In this document: in pieces, positions 10,246 to 22,878 of the stretch
Numbering within the stretch: the stretch's first letter is position 1
Layout of the letters: each line of letters opens with the position of its first letter
NCBI GenBank assembly: GCA_024642805.1
Contig: JAHEAK010000001.1
Span: 1 to 32,001, forward strand
Direction of reading: 5' to 3'
Length of the DNA: 32,001 bases
Source of the DNA: Kofleriaceae bacterium
GTDB lineage: Bacteria > Myxococcota_A > Polyangia > Haliangiales > Haliangiaceae
The notes under the pieces: model-generated
Seen by the model: the letters and a program-made list of their open reading frames with translations, nothing else
The model's database searches: none
Told to the model about the DNA's origin: nothing
Program-made: the position numbers and the translations under genes

Positions 10246-11009
10246 TGCAGCAACTCTAGCAGAGCCATCAGTCTTTCATCATGGCCTGCCAGGTACTGAT
10301 TCATTCGGTCGATAGCTTCTTGTGGATTGCGCTCCTCGAGTGCATCGAGCACACCATCCCAAGCGGCAACGTAGCCTTCGGGTGGTGCCAGGACAGCGCC
10401 GAGTGATTTGGCAAGATCGTTGTAGATGTTGCTCATCTGATTGATCATCCACAGACCGGGCAAGAACTTTGCGCTCATGACGATGCTTCGCAGCACGTTG
10501 AGATCCGCGCTGGCAAACTGGCTGCCACCATTGCGCATCTCCCATGCTTCGCGAACAGCGAGTCGGGCGCGCTTGGTTGCTCCGGGAGGTACGCGGGTTG
10601 CGACCATGTCCATGATCTCGCGCATCAGCGATCGACGGAGTCGTAATAGGTCACTGACCATTTGTGGTGTCGATGGCGACTCTGGGCCTGGCTCCGCGTA
10701 GCGAAGGTAGGAGGGCAGGACGTCGATCATCCACTCGTGCACGCTCTGCACGGCGATTCCGGATCCCCGTCGAGGCTTGACCAGATTCCACTCTCCCAGG
10801 CGGCGCAGAGCTTCGCGAAGGGTGGGCCGGCTGGCGCCGAGTTGCTTGGCCAGATCTCGCTCGGCGGGCAAACGCGCGCCTGGCGGGTAGGTGCCTCCGA
10901 CGATGTCAGCGAGTAGTTTCTCGAAGACGGCCTCGGTGGCGGTAACATTGGCGTCCATGGGCGCGGGAGGCACGTGGACATGCTTGGCGGGGGAATGTTC
11001 GGTGATCAT
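10242..11009 (-). CDS. GntR/FadR-family transcriptional regulator
   Basis: N-terminal winged HTH (LPAERDLAKQLGASRPTLREALRRLGEWNLVKPRRGSGIAV) followed by an all-helical FCD-like C-terminal domain. Confidence 0.9.
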   Translation of the reverse strand: MITEHSPAKHVHVPPAPMDANVTATEAVFEKLLADIVGGTYPPGARLPAERDLAKQLGASRPTLREALRRLGEWNLVKPRRGSGIAVQSVHEWMIDVLPSYLRYAEPGPESPSTPQMVSDLLRLRRSLMREIMDMVATRVPPGATKRARLAVREAWEMRNGGSQFASADLNVLRSIVMSAKFLPGLWMINQMSNIYNDLAKSLGAVLAPPEGYVAAWDGVLDALEERNPQEAIDRMNQYLAGHDERLMALLELLQ

Positions 11010-11238
11010 TAGGCGCAGATCCCTCTATTTTGGGGTGGTTAGGTAGACCCCGCCATTGTGACGGAGTTTAGTGGGGACGGAGAGAGAACCACAATCAGGC
11101 TGGTCTGCCCACATAAAACAGCCACGCCAGCGCGCTAATCACTAATGAGGGCATCGTCGGCGCTTATGAGGCGATCCTCCTCGGCGCTCGATTCGGATGT
11201 AGGTTCGCTGCATCACAGGGCTTTTGCTGCTCCGTCCA

Positions 11239-11267
11239 TTGACGATCCACTCGGCCGGCCATAGGTT
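11239..11267 (+). promoter_or_regulatory. Candidate sigma-70-type promoter of lon (TTGACG-N17-TAGGTT)
   Basis: -35 TTGACG at 11239-11244, 17-nt spacer, -10 TAGGTT at 11262-11267. The same hexamers and spacing occur upstream of dnaK. Confidence 0.4.
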
Positions 11268-11273
11268 GTGAGG

Positions 11274-13715
<2,442 letters not shown>

Positions 13716-13765
13716 GCCGCCGCTCTCAGCTGTGAGAGCCGAAGCTGAGCTGAGATAGAAGAATG

Positions 13766-13793
13766 AAGCCCGCTCCTCGGAGCGGGCTTTTTC
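13766..13793 (+). terminator. Rho-independent terminator after lon
   Basis: AAGCCCGCTC (13766-13775), loop CTCG, GAGCGGGCTT (13780-13789), then a run of T (13788-13792). Confidence 0.75.
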
Positions 13794-13853
13794 ATGCGTG
13801 CTCACAGACTCGCATTCGAATGCGCGCGAAACCTACAGAAGAGCCTTGGAGTC

Positions 13854-13882
13854 TTGACGCGGCTTTATGGGGTGCTTAGGTT
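13854..13882 (+). promoter_or_regulatory. Candidate sigma-70-type promoter of dnaK (TTGACG-N17-TAGGTT)
   Basis: -35 at 13854-13859, 17-nt spacer, -10 at 13877-13882. It is followed by AAGGAGG (13897-13903) and the ATG at 13912. Confidence 0.45.
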
Positions 13883-13911
13883 GCCCAGCGAACACAAAGG
13901 AGGCACCCACA

Positions 13912-15825
<1,914 letters not shown>

Positions 15826-15881
15826 ACCGACAGACCTACACGTCCCTTTGTGTTGAAGGTCGTGTCCCTAGCAGTAAGGAA

Positions 15882-15917
15882 AGGCGTTCGAGGCTCCCTC
15901 GGGCGCCTTTTCTTTTT
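15882..15917 (+). terminator. Rho-independent terminator after dnaK
   Basis: AGGCGTTCGAGG (15882-15893), loop CTC, CCTCGGGCGCCT (15897-15908) with a 2x2 internal mismatch, then TTTTCTTTTT. Confidence 0.65.
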
Positions 15918-15955
15918 CCTGGGAGGCCGCGGTCGGCCGGTGGCATACTCGGAGC

Positions 15956-16816
15956 GTGGGGATTTCGCGCGCATGCGGCCGCCTGGCGCTCGTCGCCATG
16001 TGCTCCATCGCCGCCCAAGCGTGCATCTATGACGGCCTGGTCGTGGAGGATCACTCGGGCTATAGCAGTGGACCAGGGCGATTTGGCGTGCTCTACGAAG
16101 GTACCCGACTTCCCAAGGCTGGCCAGGGCTATCTCATACCGGCCACCTGGAGCGAGCGAGGTCTCAACTACGGCGTCGACGAAATGGCCAGTCTCCTGGT
16201 CTACACGGGCCGCACGTTGCACTTACATGACGAAGGAATGATGCTGGCCGTCGGCGACATCTCGCGTGCCACGGGCGGACGAAGCCCATGGCATCGCTCG
16301 CATCAAACGGGTCGCGACGTCGACTTGCTCTTCTTCGTCGACGACCTCGAGGGTCACCCGATCGTCAACGAGTGGATGTTTCACCACAACCCGGATGGCA
16401 GTCAGCGAGTGGGAAAGAACGAGACACCCAGAGTGCAGTTCGACGTGAAAGCCAACTGGCTGCTGGTGGCTACCTTGCTCGACAACCCGGTGGCCGAAGT
16501 GCAGTACATCTTCATCCAGGAGGATCTGCGCCAGATGCTGCTGGCCCACGCCCGCGAGGCCGGGGCATCGCGTGGGCTCTTGGCGCGTGCAAGAGAAGTC
16601 ATGATGCAGCCGGGCGACTCCGCTCCGCACGACGACCACATGCACGTGCGAATCTATTGCCCGAAGAACGATCTTTCTGCCGGCTGCCAAGATGCCGGTC
16701 AGATGCGCTGGCACAAGCGAGATGACAAATACAAAGAGCGCATCGAGCGCTTGCCTGGTTACGAGAGCATCGTGCCGGCCGGGGCCGTCACCGCCTTGCC
16801 CTGGCTTCTACGCTAG
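15956..16816 (+). CDS. mepA: Penicillin-insensitive murein endopeptidase (MepA-like, peptidase M74)
   Basis: HRSHQTGRDVD and HDDHMHVRIYCP zinc-ligand blocks characteristic of MepA. The N-terminus has a signal or lipoprotein-like sequence (AAQAC). The GTG start is uncertain. Confidence 0.82.
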   Translation: MGISRACGRLALVAMCSIAAQACIYDGLVVEDHSGYSSGPGRFGVLYEGTRLPKAGQGYLIPATWSERGLNYGVDEMASLLVYTGRTLHLHDEGMMLAVGDISRATGGRSPWHRSHQTGRDVDLLFFVDDLEGHPIVNEWMFHHNPDGSQRVGKNETPRVQFDVKANWLLVATLLDNPVAEVQYIFIQEDLRQMLLAHAREAGASRGLLARAREVMMQPGDSAPHDDHMHVRIYCPKNDLSAGCQDAGQMRWHKRDDKYKERIERLPGYESIVPAGAVTALPWLLR

Positions 16817-17760
16817 CTGGAAGGGGCAGCGCTCGGTTCCGCCAACAGGTTGGCGAGCTTGTGCGCCACCAGTTCGTGGTCGCCGCTGTACTTGAGCAAG
16901 AGGTTGAGGGTCTCGCGCACCTGGCTTTCTTCGAGACGCTCAGCGCAGAGTAGAACCAGCGCACGCGCCCAGTCGATGCTCTCCGAGATGCTAGGTGCCT
17001 TCTTGAGGGGAAGCTTGCGCAGCTCGCCGACGAAGCTCACGATGCTGTCGCGCAGAGTAACGTCGATGCCAGGTAGGCGAGTGCTGAGAATCTGCGCTTC
17101 GATGTCCGCGCTGGGATAGTCGATGGCCAGGTGCAAACAGCGGCGTCGGAGGGCGTCACTCAGTTCGCGGGTGTTGTTGGAGGTGAGGAAGACGATGGGC
17201 TTGTGCTTGGCGCGCACAGTGCCGAGCTCTGGAACCGTGACCTGGTACTCGGCTAGCACTTCGAGAAAGAAGGCCTCGAGTTCTTCCTCGGCTCTGTCGA
17301 CCTCGTCGATGAGCAGTACCACTTGCCCTTCGCTCTGCATGGCGCGCAAGAGGGGGCGCGGCTGTAAGAATTTCTCTGAGAAGAAGGCGTCATCTTGACT
17401 GGCGATGCGATCCGATGCTTCTTTCAGATTGGCTGTGCCAGCCAAGAGATCGCCAATCTGGGCACCGAGCAGCTGGGTGTAGAGAAGCTGTTTGGAATAT
17501 TTCCACTCGTAGAGGGTCTTGCTCTCGTCGAGCCCCTCATAGCACTGCAGGCGCACGAGCTCGCAGCCCAGAGCTTGCGCAGTGGCCTTGGCTAGCTCCG
17601 TCTTGCCGACGCCCGGAGGCCCTTCGCACAAGATGGGCTTGTCGAGCGACGCTGCCAGGAATACCGAGGTGGCGATGCTGCGGCTGCACACGTAGCCCGC
17701 TTCGCTGAGACGCTCCTGCACCTCTTCGATGCTGCGAAAGCCGTGGGTGGGATTCGTCAT
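16813..17760 (-). CDS. MoxR-like AAA+ ATPase (AAA_5 / CoxD-like)
   Basis: [19 protein letters not shown] is the Walker A, VLLIDEVDRA the Walker B, and QCYEGLDESKTLYEWKY is a block typical of MoxR/CoxD ATPases. 315 aa. Confidence 0.9.
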   Translation of the reverse strand: MTNPTHGFRSIEEVQERLSEAGYVCSRSIATSVFLAASLDKPILCEGPPGVGKTELAKATAQALGCELVRLQCYEGLDESKTLYEWKYSKQLLYTQLLGAQIGDLLAGTANLKEASDRIASQDDAFFSEKFLQPRPLLRAMQSEGQVVLLIDEVDRAEEELEAFFLEVLAEYQVTVPELGTVRAKHKPIVFLTSNNTRELSDALRRRCLHLAIDYPSADIEAQILSTRLPGIDVTLRDSIVSFVGELRKLPLKKAPSISESIDWARALVLLCAERLEESQVRETLNLLLKYSGDHELVAHKLANLLAEPSAAPSS

Positions 17761-18293
17761 GGGCTTGGATTGGGCGTTGCCTGCTTCTTGGGACGTCGCG
17801 GAATGAGATGTCGCAGGCTGAAGTCAAAGGCTCGCAGAAACTGCCCGCGAATGCGCACATCGGCGGCACTGAGCGTGAGCGAATATCCGATTCGCGTGTC
17901 GTCGACCACCAGCAGAGCCTGGCGCAGGAAGTGCTCGCCATCGTCGAAGTCGAGCCAGTAGGCACCTGTGGCCGAGTGCAGCTGGGGAGCGCGAACCTGG
18001 TAGCCGAGCTCTTGCAGCTTCTTGGCGGTTTCCGTCGCGTAGGTCTGTGAGTCGCGGATCGCGGTTAGAGGCTCCGCGGAGAAGAGCATGCGAGCGTCGG
18101 GACGGCGGTGCACCATCCACAGCAGGATGCTCGGGTACGAGGTGCTTTCGGTGAGCTGCCAGCCCTTCGGTCCCTCGATGCTGACCTTCCACTGATCCGA
18201 TCGAAATTTGTCTCCATCGAGATCCGCGTGTGAGATCTCGCCGCCGGCCAAACTGGCGACGACGACCATCGCGAGCGTTGCCTTGCACTTCAT
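17757..18293 (-). CDS. Hypothetical secreted protein, translationally coupled to moxR
   Basis: MKCKATLAMVVVASLAGG is signal-peptide-like. The ORF has a 4-nt overlap with the moxR start. No known motif. Confidence 0.6.
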   Translation of the reverse strand: MKCKATLAMVVVASLAGGEISHADLDGDKFRSDQWKVSIEGPKGWQLTESTSYPSILLWMVHRRPDARMLFSAEPLTAIRDSQTYATETAKKLQELGYQVRAPQLHSATGAYWLDFDDGEHFLRQALLVVDDTRIGYSLTLSAADVRIRGQFLRAFDFSLRHLIPRRPKKQATPNPSP

Positions 18294-18444
18294 GGCAGCC
18301 AGTTAAACACAGTCTCTTGGGCCAGTGCGCGTGTTCTAGCGCAGATCCAGGCCAGGCTCAGCAAGGCCATGGCGCGGTCATTGGTGGCCGAGATACCTGA
18401 ACAAAGTAGCAGCCAAATACTTGACTCTATTTGGGCTACCATTC

Positions 18445-18473
18445 TTGACCGACTACATTCATTAGATTATTGT
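18445..18473 (+). promoter_or_regulatory. Candidate sigma-70-type promoter (TTGACC-N17-TATTGT)
   Basis: -35 at 18445-18450, 17-nt spacer, -10 at 18468-18473. It lies inside a 42% GC stretch (hand count of 18421-18540) upstream of the MerR-like ORF. Confidence 0.4.
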
Positions 18474-18532
18474 GACGTTACTTCGGATTGGTGAGGTCGT
18501 TAACACGACTTACGTATCAGGAGTCTTCGTAA

Positions 18533-19345
18533 GTGAAGTGCAAAGCAGGGGGGATGAGGGTGACCTCATTTAGGACGACGGACAGCGCACGTCTGTCCTC
18601 CTGCGTGCGCTCTCGTAGGATCATTTTGTCAACTCGCAACCGAATAACCGCCTTCAAGGCATCTGCACCGACGCCAGAGGCAGTGCGCGAGGACGATCCG
18701 AGGAGGGACGCCGAGCACTTCGTATCGGCTTCGGTCGCTCAGCACAGCCGCAAGAGTGCGGGTTCCGGAGGCGCCGGTCGCGTGAAGAAGGAGCGGCCCG
18801 AGGGGCTCCTGAGTGACCTCGAGTTGCGCGAGGTGCGCGAACAGTATGCCGATGGCATTACGGCCGTGCAGATAGTCGAGCTCTTCTCGGCGCGCGGCGT
18901 GCGCTTTTCAGAAGCCACCTTTCGAAAGTACGTGCAGCAGGGGCTTCTGCCTCGCAGTCGCCGCGTCGGCCGCAAGGGCAAGCACAGGGGATCCCTCGGC
19001 GTCTATCCAGCCAAGGTCGTCAACAGGATCAATCTCATCAAGTCACTGATGAGCGATGGCTACACGATCGAGCAGATTCAGTCGCAGTTCTTGAAGTTCA
19101 CCGATGTGATCGAGCGCCTCGAGGAAGGCCTGCAGTTGGTCTTCGAGCTCTTTCAGGACGATGCCGCGAGCCCGCGCTTCGACAACAAGGCTCGCAAGAG
19201 TCTCAGTCGAGAAATGGCTGATGCCGAGAAGTGCGCGGACGAGCTAATGACACGAATCAACGAACTGTCGGACCGGCTCTCACAGAGTCACGAGGACAGT
19301 TATCGAAGTACCGGGGCTGCGGGGAGCGCCGAAGACTTGTTGTAG
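18533..19345 (+). CDS. MerR-like HTH protein with C-terminal coiled-coil-like region
   Basis: [32 protein letters not shown]...[28 protein letters not shown] follows the MerR HTH and wing pattern. The first ~83 codons are Arg/Ser-rich and look non-coding. Candidate starts are GTG 18533 (AGGAG 9 nt upstream) and GTG 18782 (GGAGG 10 nt upstream). Confidence 0.65.
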   Translation: MKCKAGGMRVTSFRTTDSARLSSCVRSRRIILSTRNRITAFKASAPTPEAVREDDPRRDAEHFVSASVAQHSRKSAGSGGAGRVKKERPEGLLSDLELREVREQYADGITAVQIVELFSARGVRFSEATFRKYVQQGLLPRSRRVGRKGKHRGSLGVYPAKVVNRINLIKSLMSDGYTIEQIQSQFLKFTDVIERLEEGLQLVFELFQDDAASPRFDNKARKSLSREMADAEKCADELMTRINELSDRLSQSHEDSYRSTGAAGSAEDLL

Positions 19346-19379
19346 AGGCCCGCCTTCCCGAGAGGCGGCACAGCAGACA

Positions 19380-20006
19380 TTGAGTTGTCTAAACCGAATG
19401 CAGATGGGGGAAACGATGCAAGAGCAGATGGACGCAAGCGAGCAGGTCAGCGAGGTTGGTGAGGCGAAGGCAAAAAGCGCGCAACGGCCCACAGAGGACC
19501 AGTGCGATGAGATGAGCTCGAGCGGCATCGAGATCGTCGAAGAGGGCGGCGAAGAGGAACCTAAGGTTCGCAAGATTCGCCGTCGTGCTCGACGCACGCG
19601 ACCTCGCTCGAAGACGATCGCGATGAAGCGTCTCACGCGCGAAGAGCTTCGCCTTGGCGCCCTGCTCAATCCACCCGTCGACATCCCACGTCCACAAACG
19701 CGCGCGGAGTGCCAGGGGCAGGCCGGTCCGTGCCCTTGGGTTGCTTGCAAGCACCACCTGTACCTTGACGTGAATCCAGAGACGGGTTCGATCAAGATCA
19801 ACTTCCCCGATCTAGAGCCTTGGGAGCTCAAGCACACCTGTGCGCTCGAGATTGCGGATCGCAACGGTATTACCCTGGAAGACGTCGGCGAGATCATGAA
19901 CTTGACTCGTGAGCGAATTCGCCAGGTCGAGGTGCGCGGCCTTGCCAAACTGCGCGCGATGTCGCCATCTCGAGAAGAGATCGGCGCTGGCTGTCCAGAG
20001 GAATAA
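19380..20006 (+). CDS. Sigma-70 region-4-like HTH protein with Cys/His cluster
   Basis: C-terminal [29 protein letters not shown] is a region-4-type HTH. It is preceded by RPQTRAEC-x6-C-x4-C-x-HH. The N-terminus is acidic and then highly basic ([15 protein letters not shown]). The likely start is ATG 19398, 19404 or 19416 rather than TTG 19380. Confidence 0.7.
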   Translation: MSCLNRMQMGETMQEQMDASEQVSEVGEAKAKSAQRPTEDQCDEMSSSGIEIVEEGGEEEPKVRKIRRRARRTRPRSKTIAMKRLTREELRLGALLNPPVDIPRPQTRAECQGQAGPCPWVACKHHLYLDVNPETGSIKINFPDLEPWELKHTCALEIADRNGITLEDVGEIMNLTRERIRQVEVRGLAKLRAMSPSREEIGAGCPEE

Positions 20007-20059
20007 GCTCCCGTCCCGATGGCCATGGCGGGTCGTTGATTCTCGCCAAGGCGATTGCT

Positions 20060-20090
20060 AAGAGTCCCTTCGAACGGAGGGACTCTTTTC
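20060..20090 (+). terminator. Hairpin with short T-run between the sigma-like gene and purH
   Basis: AAGAGTCCCT (20060-20069), loop TCGAACGG, AGGGACTCTT (20078-20087), then TTC and the purH ATG at 20091. The purH GGAGGG (20076-20081) lies in the loop and 3' arm. Confidence 0.45.
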
Positions 20091-21592
20091 ATGCCTGCTA
20101 TCCGACGCGCACTCATCAGTGTTTCCGACAAACGCGGCCTCGTCGAGTTCGTCACTGGCCTCGCCGATTTCGGTGTGGAGATTCTGTCGACTGGCGGAAC
20201 CGCCAAGATGCTCTCCGAGGCCGGCTTCGCGGTGGACTGCTCGGTCGCGACATTCCATCGCACCAGGCGCAGATGAAGGCGGACGGCATCGAGCCGATCG
20301 ATCTCGTCGTCGTCAACCTCTACCCCTTCGAGGAAACCGTCGCCAAGGGCTCGCCGAGCATCGCGGAGGCCATCGAGCAGATCGATATCGGCGGCCCCTC
20401 GATGCTTCGTTCGGCTGCCAAGAATCACGAGCGCGTCACCGTCATCGTTGATCCGGCCGACTACGCGACGGTCATTGCCGAGATGAAGCAGAGCAAGGGC
20501 AGCGTTTGCGACCAGACCCGCTTCGATCTCGCCCGCAGGGTGTTCGCCCATACCGCCGCATACGACGCGGCCATTGCCGCTCACCTGAGCTCGGTGGAGC
20601 TCGGCTCGGATCAAAAAGCGCGCTTTCCGCAGACCCTGGGTCTTCAGTACGAGCGGGTCATGGAGCTTCGCTACGGCGAAAACCCGCACCAGGCGGCCGC
20701 CTTCTACCGCGACTCGCGCAGCCCGCTGATCTCGACCAACGAGCGACCCAGCATCGCCGATGCAGAGATTCTGCAGGGCAAGGAACTGAGCTACAACAAC
20801 ATCCTGGATCTCGATGCGGCCCTCGCTTGCTGCATCGAGCACGATGCCTGCACGGCGGTGGTCGTCAAGCACACCAATCCCTGCGGCGTGGCCAGCGACG
20901 ATTCCATCGCCGAGGCCTACCGAAAAGCGCGCAGCTGCGATCCACTGAGTTCCTTCGGCGGCATCGTGGCGGTGAACCGCGAAATCGACGAGGCGCTGGC
21001 CAGGCAGCTGGCGGAGACCTTCCTCGAGTGCATCGTTGCACCAAGCTACTCAAGCAAGGCGCGCGAGATTCTGGGTGACAAGAAGAACCTTCGACTGGTC
21101 GCTCTGCCTGGACTGGACGTGGCGGCGGGCGGCACCGGCTATTCGATGCGCTCGGTGGCTGGTGGCGTGCTCGTCCAAGCCGCCGACTTCGAGCGCACCC
21201 CGATTGCCGAGGCCAAGGTGGTCACCAAGAGGCAGCCCACTTCAGAAGAACTCGCATCTCTGGACTTCGCGTGGCGGGTGGTCAAGCACGTCAAGAGCAA
21301 CGCCATTCTCTTCTGCAAGGGCCAGATGACCGCTGCCGTGGGCGCGGGCCAGATGTCGCGTGTCGACGCCGCCAAGATTGCGACGATGAAGGCGCAGGCC
21401 TCGCTAATCGGCTCGGTAGTCGCCTCCGACGCGTTCTTTCCCTTCCGCGACGGCATCGATGAATTGGCCAAGGCGGGCGCGGTCGCGGTCATTCAACCGG
21501 GCGGCTCGGTGCGCGACGAAGAGGTCATCGCGGCGGCCGACGAGCATGGCCTGGCCATGGTGTTCACCGGCATGCGCCACTTTCGCCACTAA
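20091..21592 (+). pseudogene. purH: purH (AICAR formyltransferase / IMP cyclohydrolase), frameshifted with an internal deletion
   Basis: Codons 1-48 ([20 protein letters not shown]...LSEAGFAV) are in the 20091 frame, which stops at 20274-20276. The rest ([33 protein letters not shown] ... GMRHFRH) is in the frame of ORF 20036..21592. The conserved TGFPE..DGRVKTLHPK.H block expected between them is absent in all frames. Confidence 0.85.
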
Positions 21593-21606
21593 AGAGAGAT
21601 AGCGCG

Positions 21607-22878
21607 ATGAAGATCCTGGTCATAGGCGCCGGCGGACGTGAACACGCACTGTGTTGGCGTCTGCACGCCAATGGCCACGAGGTCTTCGCGCTGCCAGGCA
21701 GTGCAGGCATCGCCACGGTCGCCACCTGTATACAAGGCGACATCGGTGATCAGCCGGCCGTCGAGCGCGCCGCCCGCGAGCTTGGCGTCGAGCTGGTCGT
21801 GATCGGTCCAGAGGTGCCGCTCGTGGCAGGTCTCGCCGACTCCTTGCGTGCGGCCGGCCATGCGGTCTTTGGTCCCTCTGCGGCAGCCGCTCAGCTCGAG
21901 GGCTCCAAGGCCTTCTCCAAGCGCTTCTTCGAACGACACGGCATTCCGACCGCGCGCTTCTTCGAGTGCACGACCATGGCGGCGGCCGACCAGGCTATTG
22001 CCAGTCTTGGCGGGCGTGTGGTTGTGAAGGCGGATGGCTTAGCGGCTGGCAAGGGCGTGGTGGTGTGCTCCACGGCCCAGCAAGCGCAGTCAGCGGCGCG
22101 CGAGATGCTCGAGGAAGGTCGTTTCGCGAGCGCGGGCGCCAAGATCATCGTCGAGCAACGTCTGGAGGGCCGCGAAGTCAGCATGATGGCGCTGTGCGAT
22201 GGCAAGCGCTACGAGCTCCTGGCTGCTGCCGAGGACCACAAGGCGATCTTTGATGGCGACCGAGGCCCTAACACTGGCGGCATGGGAACGGTTTCACCCG
22301 TCGAGTGGGTTAGCGATGAGCTTGTCGAGCGAGCGCGCCGCGAGGTCTTCGATCGCACGCTGCGAGGGCTGCAAGCCGATGGTCTCGATTTTCGAGGTGT
22401 GCTCTACGCGGGATTGATGGTCGATGCCGAGGGCACGCCCTGGCTTCTGGAGTACAACGTTCGCTTCGGAGATCCGGAGACGCAGCCGGTCATGCTCCGC
22501 ATCGCTGATGATCTGGGCGTGTGGTTGCTCGCGTGCGCACAGGGGCACATGCCAGACGCTCAACTGCGCTGGGATCCGCGCACAGCGGTGTGCGTCGTGC
22601 TGGCGTCGGCGGGCTATCCCGAGAGTGCTCGCAAGGGCGACGCCATCACCGGTCTCGAGCAGTTTGCCGAACCCTCGGAGCTTGTGATCTTTCATGCCGG
22701 TAGCAAGCGCTCGGGCAATGCCTTCGTGACCGATGGCGGCCGAGTGCTGGCGGTGACGGGCTTGGGGGAGGGCTTGACCAAGGCTCGCGAGAAGGTCTAC
22801 GCAGCCGTCGACCGAATTCAGTTTTCCGGAATGCAATTTCGCCGTGACATCGGCCTACGTGGAGAAACTCATGTCTGA
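21607..22878 (+). CDS. purD: Phosphoribosylamine-glycine ligase
   Basis: [19 protein letters not shown]..., ATP-grasp core, 423 aa, colinear with PurD. Confidence 0.96.
   Translation: MKILVIGAGGREHALCWRLHANGHEVFALPGSAGIATVATCIQGDIGDQPAVERAARELGVELVVIGPEVPLVAGLADSLRAAGHAVFGPSAAAAQLEGSKAFSKRFFERHGIPTARFFECTTMAAADQAIASLGGRVVVKADGLAAGKGVVVCSTAQQAQSAAREMLEEGRFASAGAKIIVEQRLEGREVSMMALCDGKRYELLAAAEDHKAIFDGDRGPNTGGMGTVSPVEWVSDELVERARREVFDRTLRGLQADGLDFRGVLYAGLMVDAEGTPWLLEYNVRFGDPETQPVMLRIADDLGVWLLACAQGHMPDAQLRWDPRTAVCVVLASAGYPESARKGDAITGLEQFAEPSELVIFHAGSKRSGNAFVTDGGRVLAVTGLGEGLTKAREKVYAAVDRIQFSGMQFRRDIGLRGETHV

Noticed and set aside
11010-11238. Search for a CIRCE element (TTAGCACTC-N9-GAGTGCTAA) or an E. 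coli-type sigma-32 promoter upstream of lon, and likewise upstream of dnaK (13716-13911)
   Set aside because: No CIRCE-like inverted repeat is present. CCCCATAA occurs near dnaK only on the wrong strand (13866-13873). The sigma-70-like TTGACG-N17-TAGGTT element is reported instead.
15941-15956. TGGCAT-N5-GAGCG with correct GG-N10-GC spacing upstream of mepA
   Set aside because: The -12 element overlaps the only start codon (GTG 15956) that yields a usable signal peptide, so a transcript from it would lack the start. I treat it as a chance match and as a warning about the background rate of such motifs.
16812-16817. Convergent genes whose stop codons share a palindrome: GCTAGC for mepA/moxR here, and TAGCGCGCGCTA at 25281-25292 for DUF1015/lipoprotein
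   Set aside because: TAG read on both strands automatically produces CTA/TAG palindromes when convergent genes abut. This is a curiosity of tight packing rather than evidence of a regulatory element.
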